A stretch of 20,000 bases of DNA, taken from the NCBI RefSeq assembly GCF_004010195.1, contig NC_057719.1, positions 87,977,929 through 87,997,928 on the forward strand. The letters are read 5' to 3'. Source of the stretch: Chiloscyllium plagiosum. Lineage: Eukaryota. The notes beneath the pieces are model-generated. The model was given only the letters and a program-made list of their open reading frames with translations, was not told the DNA's origin and did not search any database. This document shows positions 1 to 10,297 of the stretch, piece after piece. The translations under genes were made by a program, and so were the position numbers. Position 1 is the first letter of the stretch, and each line of letters opens with the position of its first letter.

Positions 1-738
1 AATGATTTCGTATTTTAGCTTGAGATTTTCTTTCCCCTAAATGACCTCTTACTAATAGTTTGTGCATTACTTGCAACACCTCCTTTCTATAACCCACTAG
101 CAATATGACTTGATGAACTTCTGCCCATTTCTCATCTGCCTGAATATGTGATGGTCTCCATTTCCTCATTAAGACAGCATTTTTAAGATAGCAGCACACC
201 GGGATACATTAGATTCTATTTCCATGTATACTTTTTGATAGAATTTGTTTAGTTTCTCGTCTTTCTGCTGTAACTCAATTAATTTCTCTGAATTAAAGCT
301 TTCTACTTTGTCATCTATCTGTTCCTGTTTTGTTTTAACCATCTGAACAAACAGGGTTTCTGCTGATTGCACTTCAACTTTCTTATCGGTACTCTTTGAT
401 CTCTCCTGTTTCAACTGGTGACTTTGTGACCTCGATATCACACAGTTGAGATATGCGTCTTTTAATAACTCAGTTGCCTGAGTTTTCACTGGCTTTTCAA
501 CCACAGTAGCCAGCACTCTTACCTGCGAACCAACTATATAATTAGTAAGGACAAATTGTATTCCTGGAGCTGAGAGATTGACCAATACTCCTACCATGAC
601 TTTTCCACTCTTCACTGGACACTAACCTCAGTTTACATAATTGAGCATTTCTTGTCTCACCGTGAATTCCTCTTACTAGCACTTTTTCTGGCCATAGTCC
701 TTCAGAGGTACATATCTTCTCATCTTTCAACAAAGATT

Positions 739-1040
739 AGGTTACTTACAGTGTGGAAATAGGCCTTTCGGCCCAACAAGTCCACACCGACCCTCCGAAG
801 AGCAATCCACCCATTCCCCTGCATTTACCCCTTCACCTAACACTACGGGCAATTTAATGTGGCCAATTCACCTAACCAGCACATCTTTGGACTGTGGGAG
901 GAAACCGAAGCACCCGGAGGAAACCCATGCAGACACGGAGAGTATGTGCAAACTCCACACAGTTGCCTGAGGTGGGAATTGAACACGGGTCTCTGGCGCT
1001 TTGAGGCAGCAGTGCTAACTACTGTGCCACCGTGCCGCCC
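739..1040 (-). mobile_element. HE1-like tRNA-derived V-SINE, full length
   Basis: Head GGGCGGCACGGTGGCACAGT with A and B boxes, V-domain (GTCTGCATGGGTTTCCTCCGGGTGCTTCGGTTTCCTCCCACAGTCCAAAGA), LINE-like tail; TSD CAACAAAGATT at 728-738 and 1128-1138. Confidence 0.92.
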
Positions 1041-1056
1041 ACTGTGCCTTCCATTA

Positions 1057-1324
1057 TCACTCCAACAAAATTCACTGGCTTATCCTGTTTTCCTATATCT
1101 GGCATCCCAGTGCTTTTCCTAACCCACCAACAAAGATTGAGAGGTTCCTGTATCTCTTAATATTGTAATGTCTTTACCTGCTGCTCCTGGCCTATGCAAG
1201 TAAGCTTTACCTTTGCGTATATATGGTTTACAAAGATCTGACACTTCTTCACTCCAACAAAATTCACTGGCTTATCCTGTTTTTTTACATCTGGCATCCC
1301 AGTGCTTTTCCTAACCCACCAACA
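1057..1324. repeat. Direct duplication of ~76 bp (1057-1132 and 1249-1324)
   Basis: TCACTCCAACAAAATTCACTGGCTTATCCTG...CTAACCCACCAACA occurs twice with about 3 mismatches. Confidence 0.9.
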
Positions 1325-2167
1325 TTATGATTTCATGTGGCCCACTTTAATGCAATGAAAACATTGGAGCTTTTTAACTTCTCTTTCTCCTTCAAGGGTT
1401 TCCTATTATCCTGTGGTAACTTCACCAAGTTCTACCTTTCCCTTTCCACGTGAGGATTTTTGTTTTCCCCCAATTTCTATTCATCATGGATTGAAATTGA
1501 TGTCGGAAGCCAAATTTTGATTAATGGACCAACTCACGATCAGCTATTTCAGCTGCTAATCTTGCTGTTTAACTCTCTGCTCTTCCTCACTAAGTTTACC
1601 TTCAGCATTCATCTCCATCCTTTTAAGCTGACTTTCCTGTTTAAGTGCTAATTTCTGAAGTTCAAACTCCCTCTCTTTCTTCCTTTCCTCTCTCTCCTTT
1701 TCTCTCTCTTTCCCTTTTTCTTTTTGTTATGTTAAAGCGATTAGTTCGTTTTCTCTTTCCTCTGCTTTTAATCATAATTCAAACAGTTTAATTTCTTTTG
1801 CCTCTAACTCAATCTGTTTCACTTTCAATTAAATGTTAGCCATCTTGAAAGATTCTGATGGCGTTTCCAGCAAATCTCAATGCTGGACTATTGCTGTAAT
1901 TATCTCTCCTTTCCTCAGAGAAGGAGGCAGCTCCAACTCCAGCTTGACTGCCAATTCCAGCTGCTTGGCTTTATTCACCTTTTGTAAAGCCCCCAAAGTC
2001 ACTTCTTCCATCCCCAGAAAACTCTTAGTGAACTGAAAGAGTTATTACTATCCCAAGCACCTGTTTAAACCAACTGAAATCAACACCCAGAACAAAAGGC
2101 ATCAACACCCACCACTCGCTGCCCTCGAGTCCAGCAACCCCAGTCCCAAATTGGAACTAAAGAACAA

Positions 2168-2186
2168 ATCCTGCAAAGAGCCCCCA
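2168..2186 (-). promoter_or_regulatory. Degenerate primer-binding site, tRNA-Pro type
   Basis: Minus strand TGGGGGCTCTTTGCAGGAT versus canonical tRNA-Pro PBS TGGGGGCTCGTCCGGGAT, adjacent to the LTR end. Confidence 0.65.
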
Positions 2187-2189
2187 ATC

Positions 2190-2979
2190 TGTTATGGGCC
2201 AGTCCAAACCCCCTTAAAACATTTCCACAAAGTAGCCCAGACCCTAACTTTGCGAGTTGTTTTAAGAGGTGTATAGTGGATATTCCAGGAGTGATGCAGC
2301 TAGCCCAATCACTTAGTTTCAAACAAAACAGAATTTATTTTAAAGATTACCGAATGAAATACAAACAATAGAGAACAGAATATAGACTAACTTAACTGTT
2401 TAAAAATCCAATAGACACGATGGCAACTTAATGATGCTGTTCCAAATACTTGCAACATTCCCATAAACACCCCCTTGGCAAAAAAGATAAAATCAAACAT
2501 AGGTTCTTGCAGGACAGAGAAGTGGCAGAGAGATTTAGCATTGAACCTCCTTCCAATGTAGCTATTTCTTTGGATTCTCCAGCTTGAACTGACTGGTTGG
2601 TACAACCCAACCAAAACCAAATCAGAGAAAAACTGAGCTGGGAGAACTGGCCACCCCCCCGTCTCCCCCCCAACTGAACAAGTTTTTTTTTAAACTTGAA
2701 AGCCTTTACCCTGAGGCATTATCTGTTAGATTAGATTAGATTAGATTAGATTACTTACAGTGTGGAAACAGGCCCTTTGCAAACTCCACACAGTCAGTCG
2801 CCTGAGGCGGGAATTGAACCCGGGTCTCTAGCGCTGTGAGGCAGTAGTGCTAACCACTGTGCCACCGTGCCACCCACTAATATAATAAAATTGGCTATAA
2901 TAATTTTATTAGCTAATTTTATTAGCTATAATAAACACCAAGGACAGGAAAACCTTGTCAAAGGAGTAGCATTGTTACA
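2190..2979 (-). repeat. 5' LTR of the Gmr1-like element, containing a SINE insertion
   Basis: Minus strand begins TGTAACA (2979) and ends ATAACA (2190), followed 3 nt later by a PBS-like TGGGGGCTC. Confidence 0.75.
2726..2875 (-). mobile_element. HE1-like SINE with internal deletion and (TCTAA)n tail
   Basis: (TTAGA)5 tail on +, joined at GGCCCTTT|GCAAACTCC directly to the head region that carries the A and B boxes. Confidence 0.88.
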
Positions 2980-3520
2980 ATCTTGTTGACTGCTGCTACT
3001 GAGCTTCAGTGGTGGAGAAAGTAGATGGCCAAACAAGTGGGCTGCTTTGTCATGGATGGTGTCAAACCTCTTGAGTGTTGGTGGAGCTGTGCTCATCTAG
3101 GCAATTGGGGAGTATTCCATGAAGAAGGGCTCATGCCCGAAATGTCGATTCTCCTGCTCTTTGGATGCTGCCTGACCTGCGCTTTTCCAGCAACACGTTT
3201 TCAGCTCTGATCTCCAGCATCTGCAGCCCTCACTTTCTCCTAGTTTTCCATGAAACACCTGTTATGTGCCTTGTGGATGGTGGACAGACATTGGGAGTCA
3301 GGAGTTTCTGTGGTGAGTCCAGTTGAGTTTCTAGACAATGTTAACTCCCAGGATGTTGATAGTGGGGGATTATGTGATGGTAACACCGTTAAATATCAAA
3401 GGCCAGTAGTTGATTGTCTCTTATTGGAGATGGTCATTGCCTGGCATTTGTGTGGCACAAATGTTACTTACCATTTGTCACGCTTAGGTTGGATATTTTC
3501 CATATCTTGTTGCGTTTGAA
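2980..3520 (-). mobile_element. Old CR1/L2-group LINE fragment (region C-terminal to the RT core)
   Basis: Degenerate LINE RT C-terminal sequence (minus strand *QMVSNICATQMPGNDHLQ region in broken frames; QVTFVPHKCQAMTISNKR in the RT frame). Appears colinear with the fragment at 10298-10630. Confidence 0.65.
3120..3241 (+). mobile_element. Penelope-like terminal element, family A, copy 1 (HHR core missing C3)
   Basis: TGAAGAAGGGCTCATGCCCGAAATGTC...CTCACTTTCTCCT, flanked by AGTATTCCAT (3111-3120) and AGTTTTCCAT (3242-3251). Confidence 0.82.
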
Positions 3521-3645
3521 TAGAAGTCATTGTCCTGTCACCAAGTTTTCTGAGTGCTTCTTATTGGTCTTCCTTGTTATTTGCACATCTAGATAAATGG
3601 CAACCTGGGGTTGACCTTGTAAAATGTTCTCCATCATCTGCTGAT

Positions 3646-6110
3646 ATAGAGTCATAGTCATAGTCACAGAGTCATAGAGACATAAAGCAGGGAAACACAC
3701 CCTTCAGTCCAACTTGTCCATGTCAACCAGATATCTTAACATAATCTAGTCCCATTTGATAGTACTCAGAACATAGAATGTTACAGCGCAGTACAGGTCC
3801 TTCAGCCTCGATGTTGCAGCTACCTGTGAAACCAATCTGCAGTCTATCTAATCTACACTATTCCATTCTCATCCATATGCCTATCCAATGATCATTTAAA
3901 TGTCCTTAAAGTTGGCAAGTCTATTACTGTTGCAGGCAGTGCATCCCACGCTCCAACTACTCTCTGAGTAAAGACACTATCTCTGACATCTGTCCTATAT
4001 CTATCACCCCTCAATTTAAAACTATGTCCTTCGTGCTGGGCATTGCCATCAGAGGAAAAAGGCTCTTACTGTCCAACCTATCTAACCCTCTAATTATCTT
4101 ATATGTCTCAAACTTGGCCCATATCCCTCTAAACCCTTCCTATTCATATACCCGTTCAGATGCCTTTTAAATGCTGTAATTGTACCAGCCTCCACCACTT
4201 CCTCTGGCAGCTCATTCCACACATGCACCACCCGCTGCGTGAAAAAATTGCCCCTTAAGTACCTTTTATATCTTTCCCCTCTCACCTGAACCTATGCCCT
4301 CTAGTTCTGGACTCCACCATTCCAAGGAAAAACACTTCTATTTATCCTATCTATGCTCCTTATGATTTTATAAAACTCTATAAGGTCACCCCTCAGCCTC
4401 TGACCCTCCAGGGAAAGCAACCCCAGCATATTCAGCCTCTCTCTATAGCTCAAACCCTTCAACCCAGCCAACATTCTTGTAAATCTTTTCTGAACCCTTT
4501 CAAGTTTCACAACATCCTTCTGACAGGAAGGAGACCAGATATGCACACAATATTCCAACAGTGGCCTAACCAATATCCTGTACAGCTGCAACATGACCTC
4601 CCAAATCCTGTACTGAATACTCTGACCAATAAAGGAAAGCATACCAAATGCCTTCTTCACTATCCTATCTACCTGCGACTCCACTTTCAAGGAGCTATGC
4701 ACTTCAAGGTCTCTGTTCAGGAACACTCCCCAGGACTTTACCATTAAGTGTATAAGACCCACTCTGATTTGCTTTTTCAAAATGCAACACTACGCATTTA
4801 TCTAAATTAAACTTTATCTGCCACTTCTCCTATAGCCCATTGTCCTATCTGATCAAAATCCTGTTGTACTCTGAGGTAAACTTCTTTACTGTCCACTACA
4901 CCTCCAATTTTGGTGTCATCTGCAAACCTACTAAATATACTTCCCATGTTCACATCCAAATCACTTTTATAAATGATGAAAAGGATCGGTGAACCCAGCA
5001 CCGATCCTTGTGACACTCCACTGGTCACAGACCTCCAGTCTGAAAAACAACCCTCCACCACTACCCTCTTTCTTCTCCCTTTGAGCCAGTTCTGTAACCA
5101 AATAGCTAGCTCTCCCTGTATTCCATGAGATCTAACCTTGCTAACCAATCTCCATGAGGAACCTTGTCAAACGCCTTACTGCAGTCCATATAGATCAGGT
5201 CCTCTGCTCTGCCCTCATCAATCCTCTTTGTTACTTCTTCAAAAATCTCAATCAAGTTCGTTAGAAATGATTTCCCACGTTCAAAGCCATGCTGACTATC
5301 CCTAATCAGTCCTTGCTTTTCCAAATACATGTAAATCTTGTTTCTCAGGGTTCACTCCAACAACTTGCCAACCATTGATGTCAGGCCCACTGGTTCATAG
5401 TTCCCTGCCTTTTCCTTACCACCTTTCTTAAACAGTGGCATCACTTTAGCCAACCTCCATTCTTCTGGCATCTGACTTGTGACTATCAATGATACAAATA
5501 TCTCAGCAAGAGGCCCAGCAATCTCTTCCCTATCTTCCCAAAGAGTTCTAGGATACACCTGATCAGGTCCTGTTGATTTATTCACTTTTATTCAACATTA
5601 TGCATTTCAACATGTTCAACACCTCCTCCTCCTCTGTAATATGGACATTTTTCAAGATGTCACCATCTATTTCCCTACATTCTATATCTTCTATGTCCTT
5701 CTCTACAGTAAACACTGATGCAAAATACTCATTTAGTATCTCCTCTATCTCCTGCTGCTCCTTACGTAGACTGCCTTGCTGATCTTTGAGTGGCCCTATT
5801 CTCTCCATAATTACCCTTTTGTCTTTAACATATTTATAAAAACCCTTATTTATAAAAAGGATAAAAATCCTTAACCCTATTTACCAAAGCTATCTCATGT
5901 TCCCTTTTTGCCCTCTCGATTTCCCTCTTAAATATACTCCTACTGCCTTTATATTCTAAGGATTCACTTGATCTCTCATATCTATACCTGACAAATGCTT
6001 CCTTCTTTTTCTTAACCAAAACCTCAACTTCTTTAGTCATCCAGCATTCCCTATACCGACCAGCCTTTCCTTTCACAGGAATATCCTGTCTCTGAACTCT
6101 CGTTATCTAA
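3646..6110 (-). mobile_element. 5'-truncated CR1-clade LINE (HER1-like), ORF2 reverse transcriptase pseudogene
   Basis: Frameshifted ORFs with KSTGPDQVYPRTL, GNYEPVGLTS, QHGF, DCSKAFDKVPH, GVSQGSVLG, RFADDTKIGG, RPLLEYC, LERVQKRFTRM and FFTQRVVHVWNELP; short tandem tail (GACTCTAT/GACTAT)n at 3646-3678. Confidence 0.95.
3768..4110 (-). mobile_element. 3' fragment of a different CR1 subfamily inserted in the 3' UTR of the first CR1
   Basis: Has its own tail (AGAACATAGAATG on +) and ORF-end sequence (minus strand ETYKIIRGLDRLDSKSLFP). The host CCCATTTG...ACTTGGCCCATATCC resumes after it. Similar to 18216-18540. Confidence 0.8.
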
Positions 6111-7027
6111 TTTTATTGCGCATGCTGATGATACCCCTAATGGCAGTCTCATATATTAGTACAAACCGTATGGGTATTTATTGTAGCAATCTCCTGGAAT
6201 CCTTATCTAACCATAACTGCAAATACATGTGGCTCATTCCAGCCTTGTGAAGGACAACCTGTCCTGCCACCTTTGTGTATGAAGCCTCTATGCGAGGGAT
6301 TGAGTAATCATCCAGCTGCAGAAAGCATTTGTTTAAAATCCCCCCTTCAAGGCAAACTAAACCCCGTCGGACTTCGCAATCAGTTTGACCGGTGCTGCCC
6401 ATTCTACAAACTGGACCAGTTTGACAATTCCTTCACTTTCCAGCCCTCTGATTTCTGCCTCTACTTTTGCCCATAAAGCCAAATAGCACTGGGTGAACCT
6501 CATGGAATTGCATCCTGGTCAACATGCAAGATTGCCTTGGCTCCTTTAATGTGCCCAGACCTCCCCAAAAAGCATCTGGGTATTTAATTATGACATCACT
6601 CAGACAGCCATTTTCTAATTGTAAAACGTTGAACCAATCAAGGTGAATCTTTCTCAACCAATTCTGCCCCATCAAGCTTGGGCCTGAACTTTTACTCCAA
6701 CCAGAGGTACCTGAACCAGCTGCTTCTCATAAGAAACCTGAACCGAAGTTGTACCCTTAATCTGTAAAGGCTCCCTGGTGTAGATTCTCAGTCCAGCAGA
6801 GGCCTTGCACAAACGTAAGGAGTTGGAGTCCAGAGCAAATTTGGTTAAATACTAATCCCGTGTTTACAGTATCAACCTGTGTTGGACGAGGTGACAAGTT
6901 AACCAGGTGTTTATTTTGATTGGTTCTGATTTGGATGTTGCTAAACAATTTAACTGTTCCAAACCAGATGTGCGAGGGCTTTCCAGGGTGTGCATTCTTC
7001 TGGATACTGGCCTGTGAGTTCTCTTAG

Positions 7028-7241
7028 GAGAAAGTGAGGACTGCAGATGCTGGAGGTCAGAGCTGAAAATGTGTTGTTGGAAAAGTGCAGCAGGTCAGGC
7101 AGCATCTAAGGAGCAGGAGAATCGACGTTTCGGGCATGAGCCCTTCTTCAGGAAGAAGGGCTCATGCCCAAAACGTCGATGCTCCTGCTCCTTGGATGCT
7201 GCCTGACCTGCTGCGCTTTTCCAGCAACACATTTTCAGCTA
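7028..7241. mobile_element. Penelope-like family A, copy 2: head-to-head inverted pair
   Basis: Minus arm ~7026-7152 is complete; plus arm 7152-7240 lacks the tail. Perfect 13-bp TSD TGAGTTCTCTTAG at 7015-7027 and 7242-7254. Confidence 0.9.
7122..7153 (-). ncRNA. Minimal type I hammerhead ribozyme motif (family A), intact core
   Basis: Minus strand uc CUGAAGA a GGGC ucau GCCC GAAA cg UC ga: conserved boxes, 4-bp stem II, palindromic ACGU stem III, GUC cleavage triplet. Only 2 bp of stem I are retained. Confidence 0.72.
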
Positions 7242-8078
7242 TGAGTTCTCTTAGTCATTTTAGGCCTAGTGGGACTCATTTGCTGTCTCAAGTCCACATA
7301 CATTGCTGGCCTGGATCCTGAAGGAAATTTTAATGTCTGGCCAAAGCTTGGATTTTGTTTTGGGGTTTTGCTATAGGGTGACCTCGAGTCCCTCTGTTTA
7401 GGATATGTCCTCATTAAGGCAATGCAATTGCCTTCACTGAAGTGGTGTTCCCTAGTTCAGTTGAACTGGCGAAGGTATCTACTTCCATCAGGAAACACTG
7501 CAACCCATGTGCTCCACTTGCTACATTATCCAATGACAAAGTCAGCTGTATTTTCTGTATGAAATCCAGTTGGGCTTCATCAAGTAGGTACTTTTGCATG
7601 GTTATATCATCTCTCCCACATACCAAATAGTCTCTCAGCATCTCAGTAAATGTTAAACCAAAGTCATACACCTCTAACAGTTGTCTTAAACTTGTTAAAA
7701 ATCCCAATATGGATTCCCCTGGTTCTCGAATTGCTGAGTAAAATCAATATCATCTCAGAATTAGAGGAGGCTTGGGGTTGTAATATTCCTTAACTAAATC
7801 TGTCAACTCTTGAAAGTATCTGGTGCCTCAGGGAAAGTTAAGTCCCTAATAACTGATAACGCTGTGGGTCCACAAACTTTCAGGAGAATTACTTGTTGCT
7901 TTTCAACTGCCCCAAAGTCATTTGCCTGGATAAAATAGCGCATTGTTTCCATATACTGGGCACAGTCTTCAATGGCAGGATTGAACAAGTCAAGCTTCCC
8001 AAATAGCAATATGATGCCAGAAATGCTTTCCTCAACTCAAAGATGACTGTTGCGAGTGAATATCTTCAGGAACATGCT

Positions 8079-8088
8079 CTCGTCATCA
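8079..8088 (-). promoter_or_regulatory. Degenerate primer-binding site, tRNA-Ser(GCU) type
   Basis: Minus strand TGATGACGAG versus TGGCGACGAG, 1 nt after the LTR end ATTTCA. Confidence 0.55.
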
Positions 8089-8150
8089 CTGAAATAACAC
8101 CACAGAGGCCAGTACCATGTCATCAAGTCACCCTTTACTTACACGTAGAG

Positions 8151-8364
8151 AGAGAGAGAGAGAAAACATGCAGATGCTGTAGAGTCAGAGTTGAAAAGTG
8201 TGCCACTGGAAAAGCACAGCAAGTCAGGCAGCATCCGAGGAGCAGGAAAGTCGACGTTTTGAGCATAAGCCTGATGAAGGGCTTATGCACGAAATGTCAT
8301 CTCTCCTGCTCCTCAGATGTTGCCTGACCTGCTGTGCTCTTCTAGTGCCAGACTTTTTGACTCT
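8151..8364. mobile_element. Penelope-like family A, copy 3: older inverted pair inside the Gypsy LTR
   Basis: Minus arm to 8270; plus arm begins CTGATGAAGGGCTTATGCACGAAATGTC at 8271. Degenerate TSD TTACTTACACGTAGAGAG / TTACTCACAGAGAG. Confidence 0.82.
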
Positions 8365-8451
8365 TACTCACAGAGAGTCCTTGACACTGATCCAACTCGC
8401 TCAAGTGAGTTCTGAGAGTGAGAGCAGGATATCTGACACTCCTGTTCTTTT

Positions 8452-8787
8452 TTTTTTCGCGTGGTGCTTGCGGTCTATTTTTTTTTCTAACGTAACCGGA
8501 ATCTCCTTTTTTTTTTCTTCTTCTTCTTTCTTTTTTTCCCACACTACCACCTAAGTGCAGTAGTGCTTATTATATATTTTTTTCCCAGCACCCATGGTGT
8601 GTGTGTGCGCAGGTGTGAGACACAGTGAAAGACACAAAGTGCACCAATCTTTATTCATTTTCCACCACCAGGAAGATAGGAAAACACCCGGGTGGCCAGT
8701 GACAAACACTGCCCTTCACATCAAGGGACAGTGCTGTGTGATCAAAATAGTGAAGGGGAGGGTAGGGACTAAATCAAAATAGAGTTT
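8452..8787 (-). mobile_element. Tx1-clade LINE 3' UTR-only fragment with a composite A-rich tail
   Basis: 8631-8681 matches 8824-8874 (same 3' UTR, AATAAA on the minus strand); several T tracts at 8448-8585. Confidence 0.7.
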
Positions 8788-8795
8788 CTCCTGTT

Positions 8796-10183
8796 TATTT
8801 TTTTTTTCTTTTTTTTTGTGGAAGACACAAAGTGCACGAATCTTTATTCAATTTCCACCACCAGGAAGATAGGACTNNNNNNNNNNNNNNNNNNNNNNNN
8901 NNNNNNNNNNNNNNNNNNNNNNNNNNNNNNNNNNNNNNNNNNNNNNNNNNNNNNNNNNNNNNNNNNNNNNNNNNNNNNNNNNNNNNNNNNNNNNNNNNNN
9001 NNNNNNNNNNNNNNNNNNNNNNNNNNNNNNNNNNNNNNNNNNNNNNNNNNNNNNNNNNNNNNNNNNNNNNNNNNNNNNNNNNNNNNNNNNNNNNNNNNNN
9101 NNNNNNNNNNNNNNNNNNNNNNNNNNNNNNNNNNNNNNNNNNNNNNNNNNNNNNNNNNNNNNNNNNNNNNNNNNNNNNNNNNNNNNNNNNNNNNNNNNNN
9201 NNNNNNNNNNNNNNNNNNNNNNNNNNNNNNNNNNNNNNNNNNNNNNNNNNNNNNNNNNNNNNNNNNNNNNNNNNNNNNNNNNNNNNNNNNNNNNNNNNNN
9301 NNNNNNNNNNNNNNNNNNNNNNNNNNNNNNNNNNNNNNNNNNNNNNNNNNNNNNNNNNNNNNNNNNNNNNNNNNNNNNNNNNNNNNNNNNNNNNNNNNNN
9401 NNNNNNNNNNNNNNNNNNNNNNNNNNNNNNNNNNNNNNNNNNNNNNNNNNNNNNNNNNNNNNNNNNNNNNNNNNNNNNNNNNNNNNNNNNNNNNNNNNNN
9501 NNNNNNNNNNNNNNNNNNNNNNNNNNNNNNNNNNNNNNNNNNNNNNNNNNNNNNNNNNNNNNNNNNNNNNNNNNNNNNNNNNNNNNNNNNNNNNNNNNNN
9601 NNNNNNNNNNNNNNNNNNNNNNNNNNNNNNNNTTGGTGGAGACCGCGTGCTCCTTCTCCAAGGACACCCGGGCTCTAACGTAACCGCGGAAGAGGGGCAG
9701 GCATTCGGCCCTAACGACCCCCTCCACGGCCCGCTGCCTGGACCTGTTGATGGCCAGTTTGGCCAGGCCCAGGAGCAGACCCACGAGGAGGTCTTCAGAC
9801 CTGCCCTCCTTCCTGCGTACCGGGTGCCCAAAGATCAGGAGCGTGGGACTGAAGTGCAGCCAAAAACAGAGGAGAAGGTTTTTAAGGAAATCAAAAAGGG
9901 AGTGCAAACGCCCACACCCAATATAGACGTGGTCCACGGACTCCACAGCGCCACAGAACAAGCAGTTGGGCTGGGAGTCCGTGAACCACCGCAATCTGCG
10001 GTTGCAGGGGACTGCTGCGTGCAGCACCCTCCACCCCAGATCCCCGAGAGAAAGGGGGAGGACTCCCGCGTAGAGAGCCCTCCACTGGGGATCCCCACCG
10101 CCCGGTGGCAAATGGGCACGCCAAGGCATGTCCGGACGGTGGATGAGGGAGAAGAGGTGGACGGTGTGCAGCAGCAGTCTGTA
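8796..10183 (-). mobile_element. 5'-truncated Tx1-clade (L1 group) LINE: ORF2 C-terminus plus poly(A), spanning the gap
   Basis: WRALYAGVLP...GDLGWRVLHAAVPCN...CLFCGAVESVDHVYIGC (CCHC zinc finger)...LLLGLAKLAINRSR is open from 10129 to 9633; GC-rich; AATAAA then poly(A) at 8796-8817; TSD ACTCCTGTTCTTTT at 8438-8451 and 10184-10197. Confidence 0.88.
8877..9632. other. Assembly gap (756 N)
   Basis: Run of N. Confidence 1.
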
Positions 10184-10297
10184 ACTCCTGTTCTTTTCTG
10201 TCAGCCAGGTCTCCCTGATTGGACCAGATTAACAGCCCCAATCAGGGAACACATATTCAGTGAGGTCCACCTGGCCGATCCCGTTACAATCACTACA

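Larger units (their letters stand above)
1..2979 (-). mobile_element. Decayed Gypsy LTR retrotransposon, Gmr1-like (5' LTR, PBS, gag, protease, integrase start); continues beyond the left edge
   Basis: Manual minus-strand translation gives the Gag zinc knuckle CFHCIKVGHMKS*C (~1323-1365), protease ILRDTGTSQSLL (~1130-1165), then EKVLVRGIHG/SGKVMVGVLVNLSAPGIQFVL (ORFs 542-733 and 169-615), then LMRKWRP...VMHKLLVRGHLGERKSQAKIRNHF (1-172), an integrase H..H zinc-binding motif. Stops and frameshifts are present. Confidence 0.9.
3540..10297 (-). mobile_element. Second decayed Gypsy LTR retrotransposon (Mag/K02A2.6-like), 3'-deleted and split by several insertions
   Basis: LTR TGTAGTG (10297)...ATTTCA (8090); PBS-like TGATGACGAG; gag LFGKLDLFNPAIEDCAQYMETMRYFIQAND (7803-8009) and LTFTEMLRDYLVCG; protease end MMGQNWLRKIHLDW; RT YSIPRIE...SHMYLQL..LPLGVSSACAI (to ~6112), resuming as QQMMENILQGQPQVAIYLDV at 3644-3585. 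Confidence 0.87.

Noticed and set aside
859..1122. Short ORFs recurring in SINEs (also 10926-11498 and 15793-15987)
   Set aside because: Antisense translations of HE1-like SINE sequence, not genes.
4094..6076. Cluster of co-oriented ORFs suggesting an operon or multi-exon gene
   Set aside because: Successive frameshifted pieces of one dead CR1 ORF2.
8795..9831. Long ORFs of 283-444 aa crossing the gap
   Set aside because: Their length comes from translated Ns; only the minus-strand part at 9633-10129 is real Tx1 ORF2.
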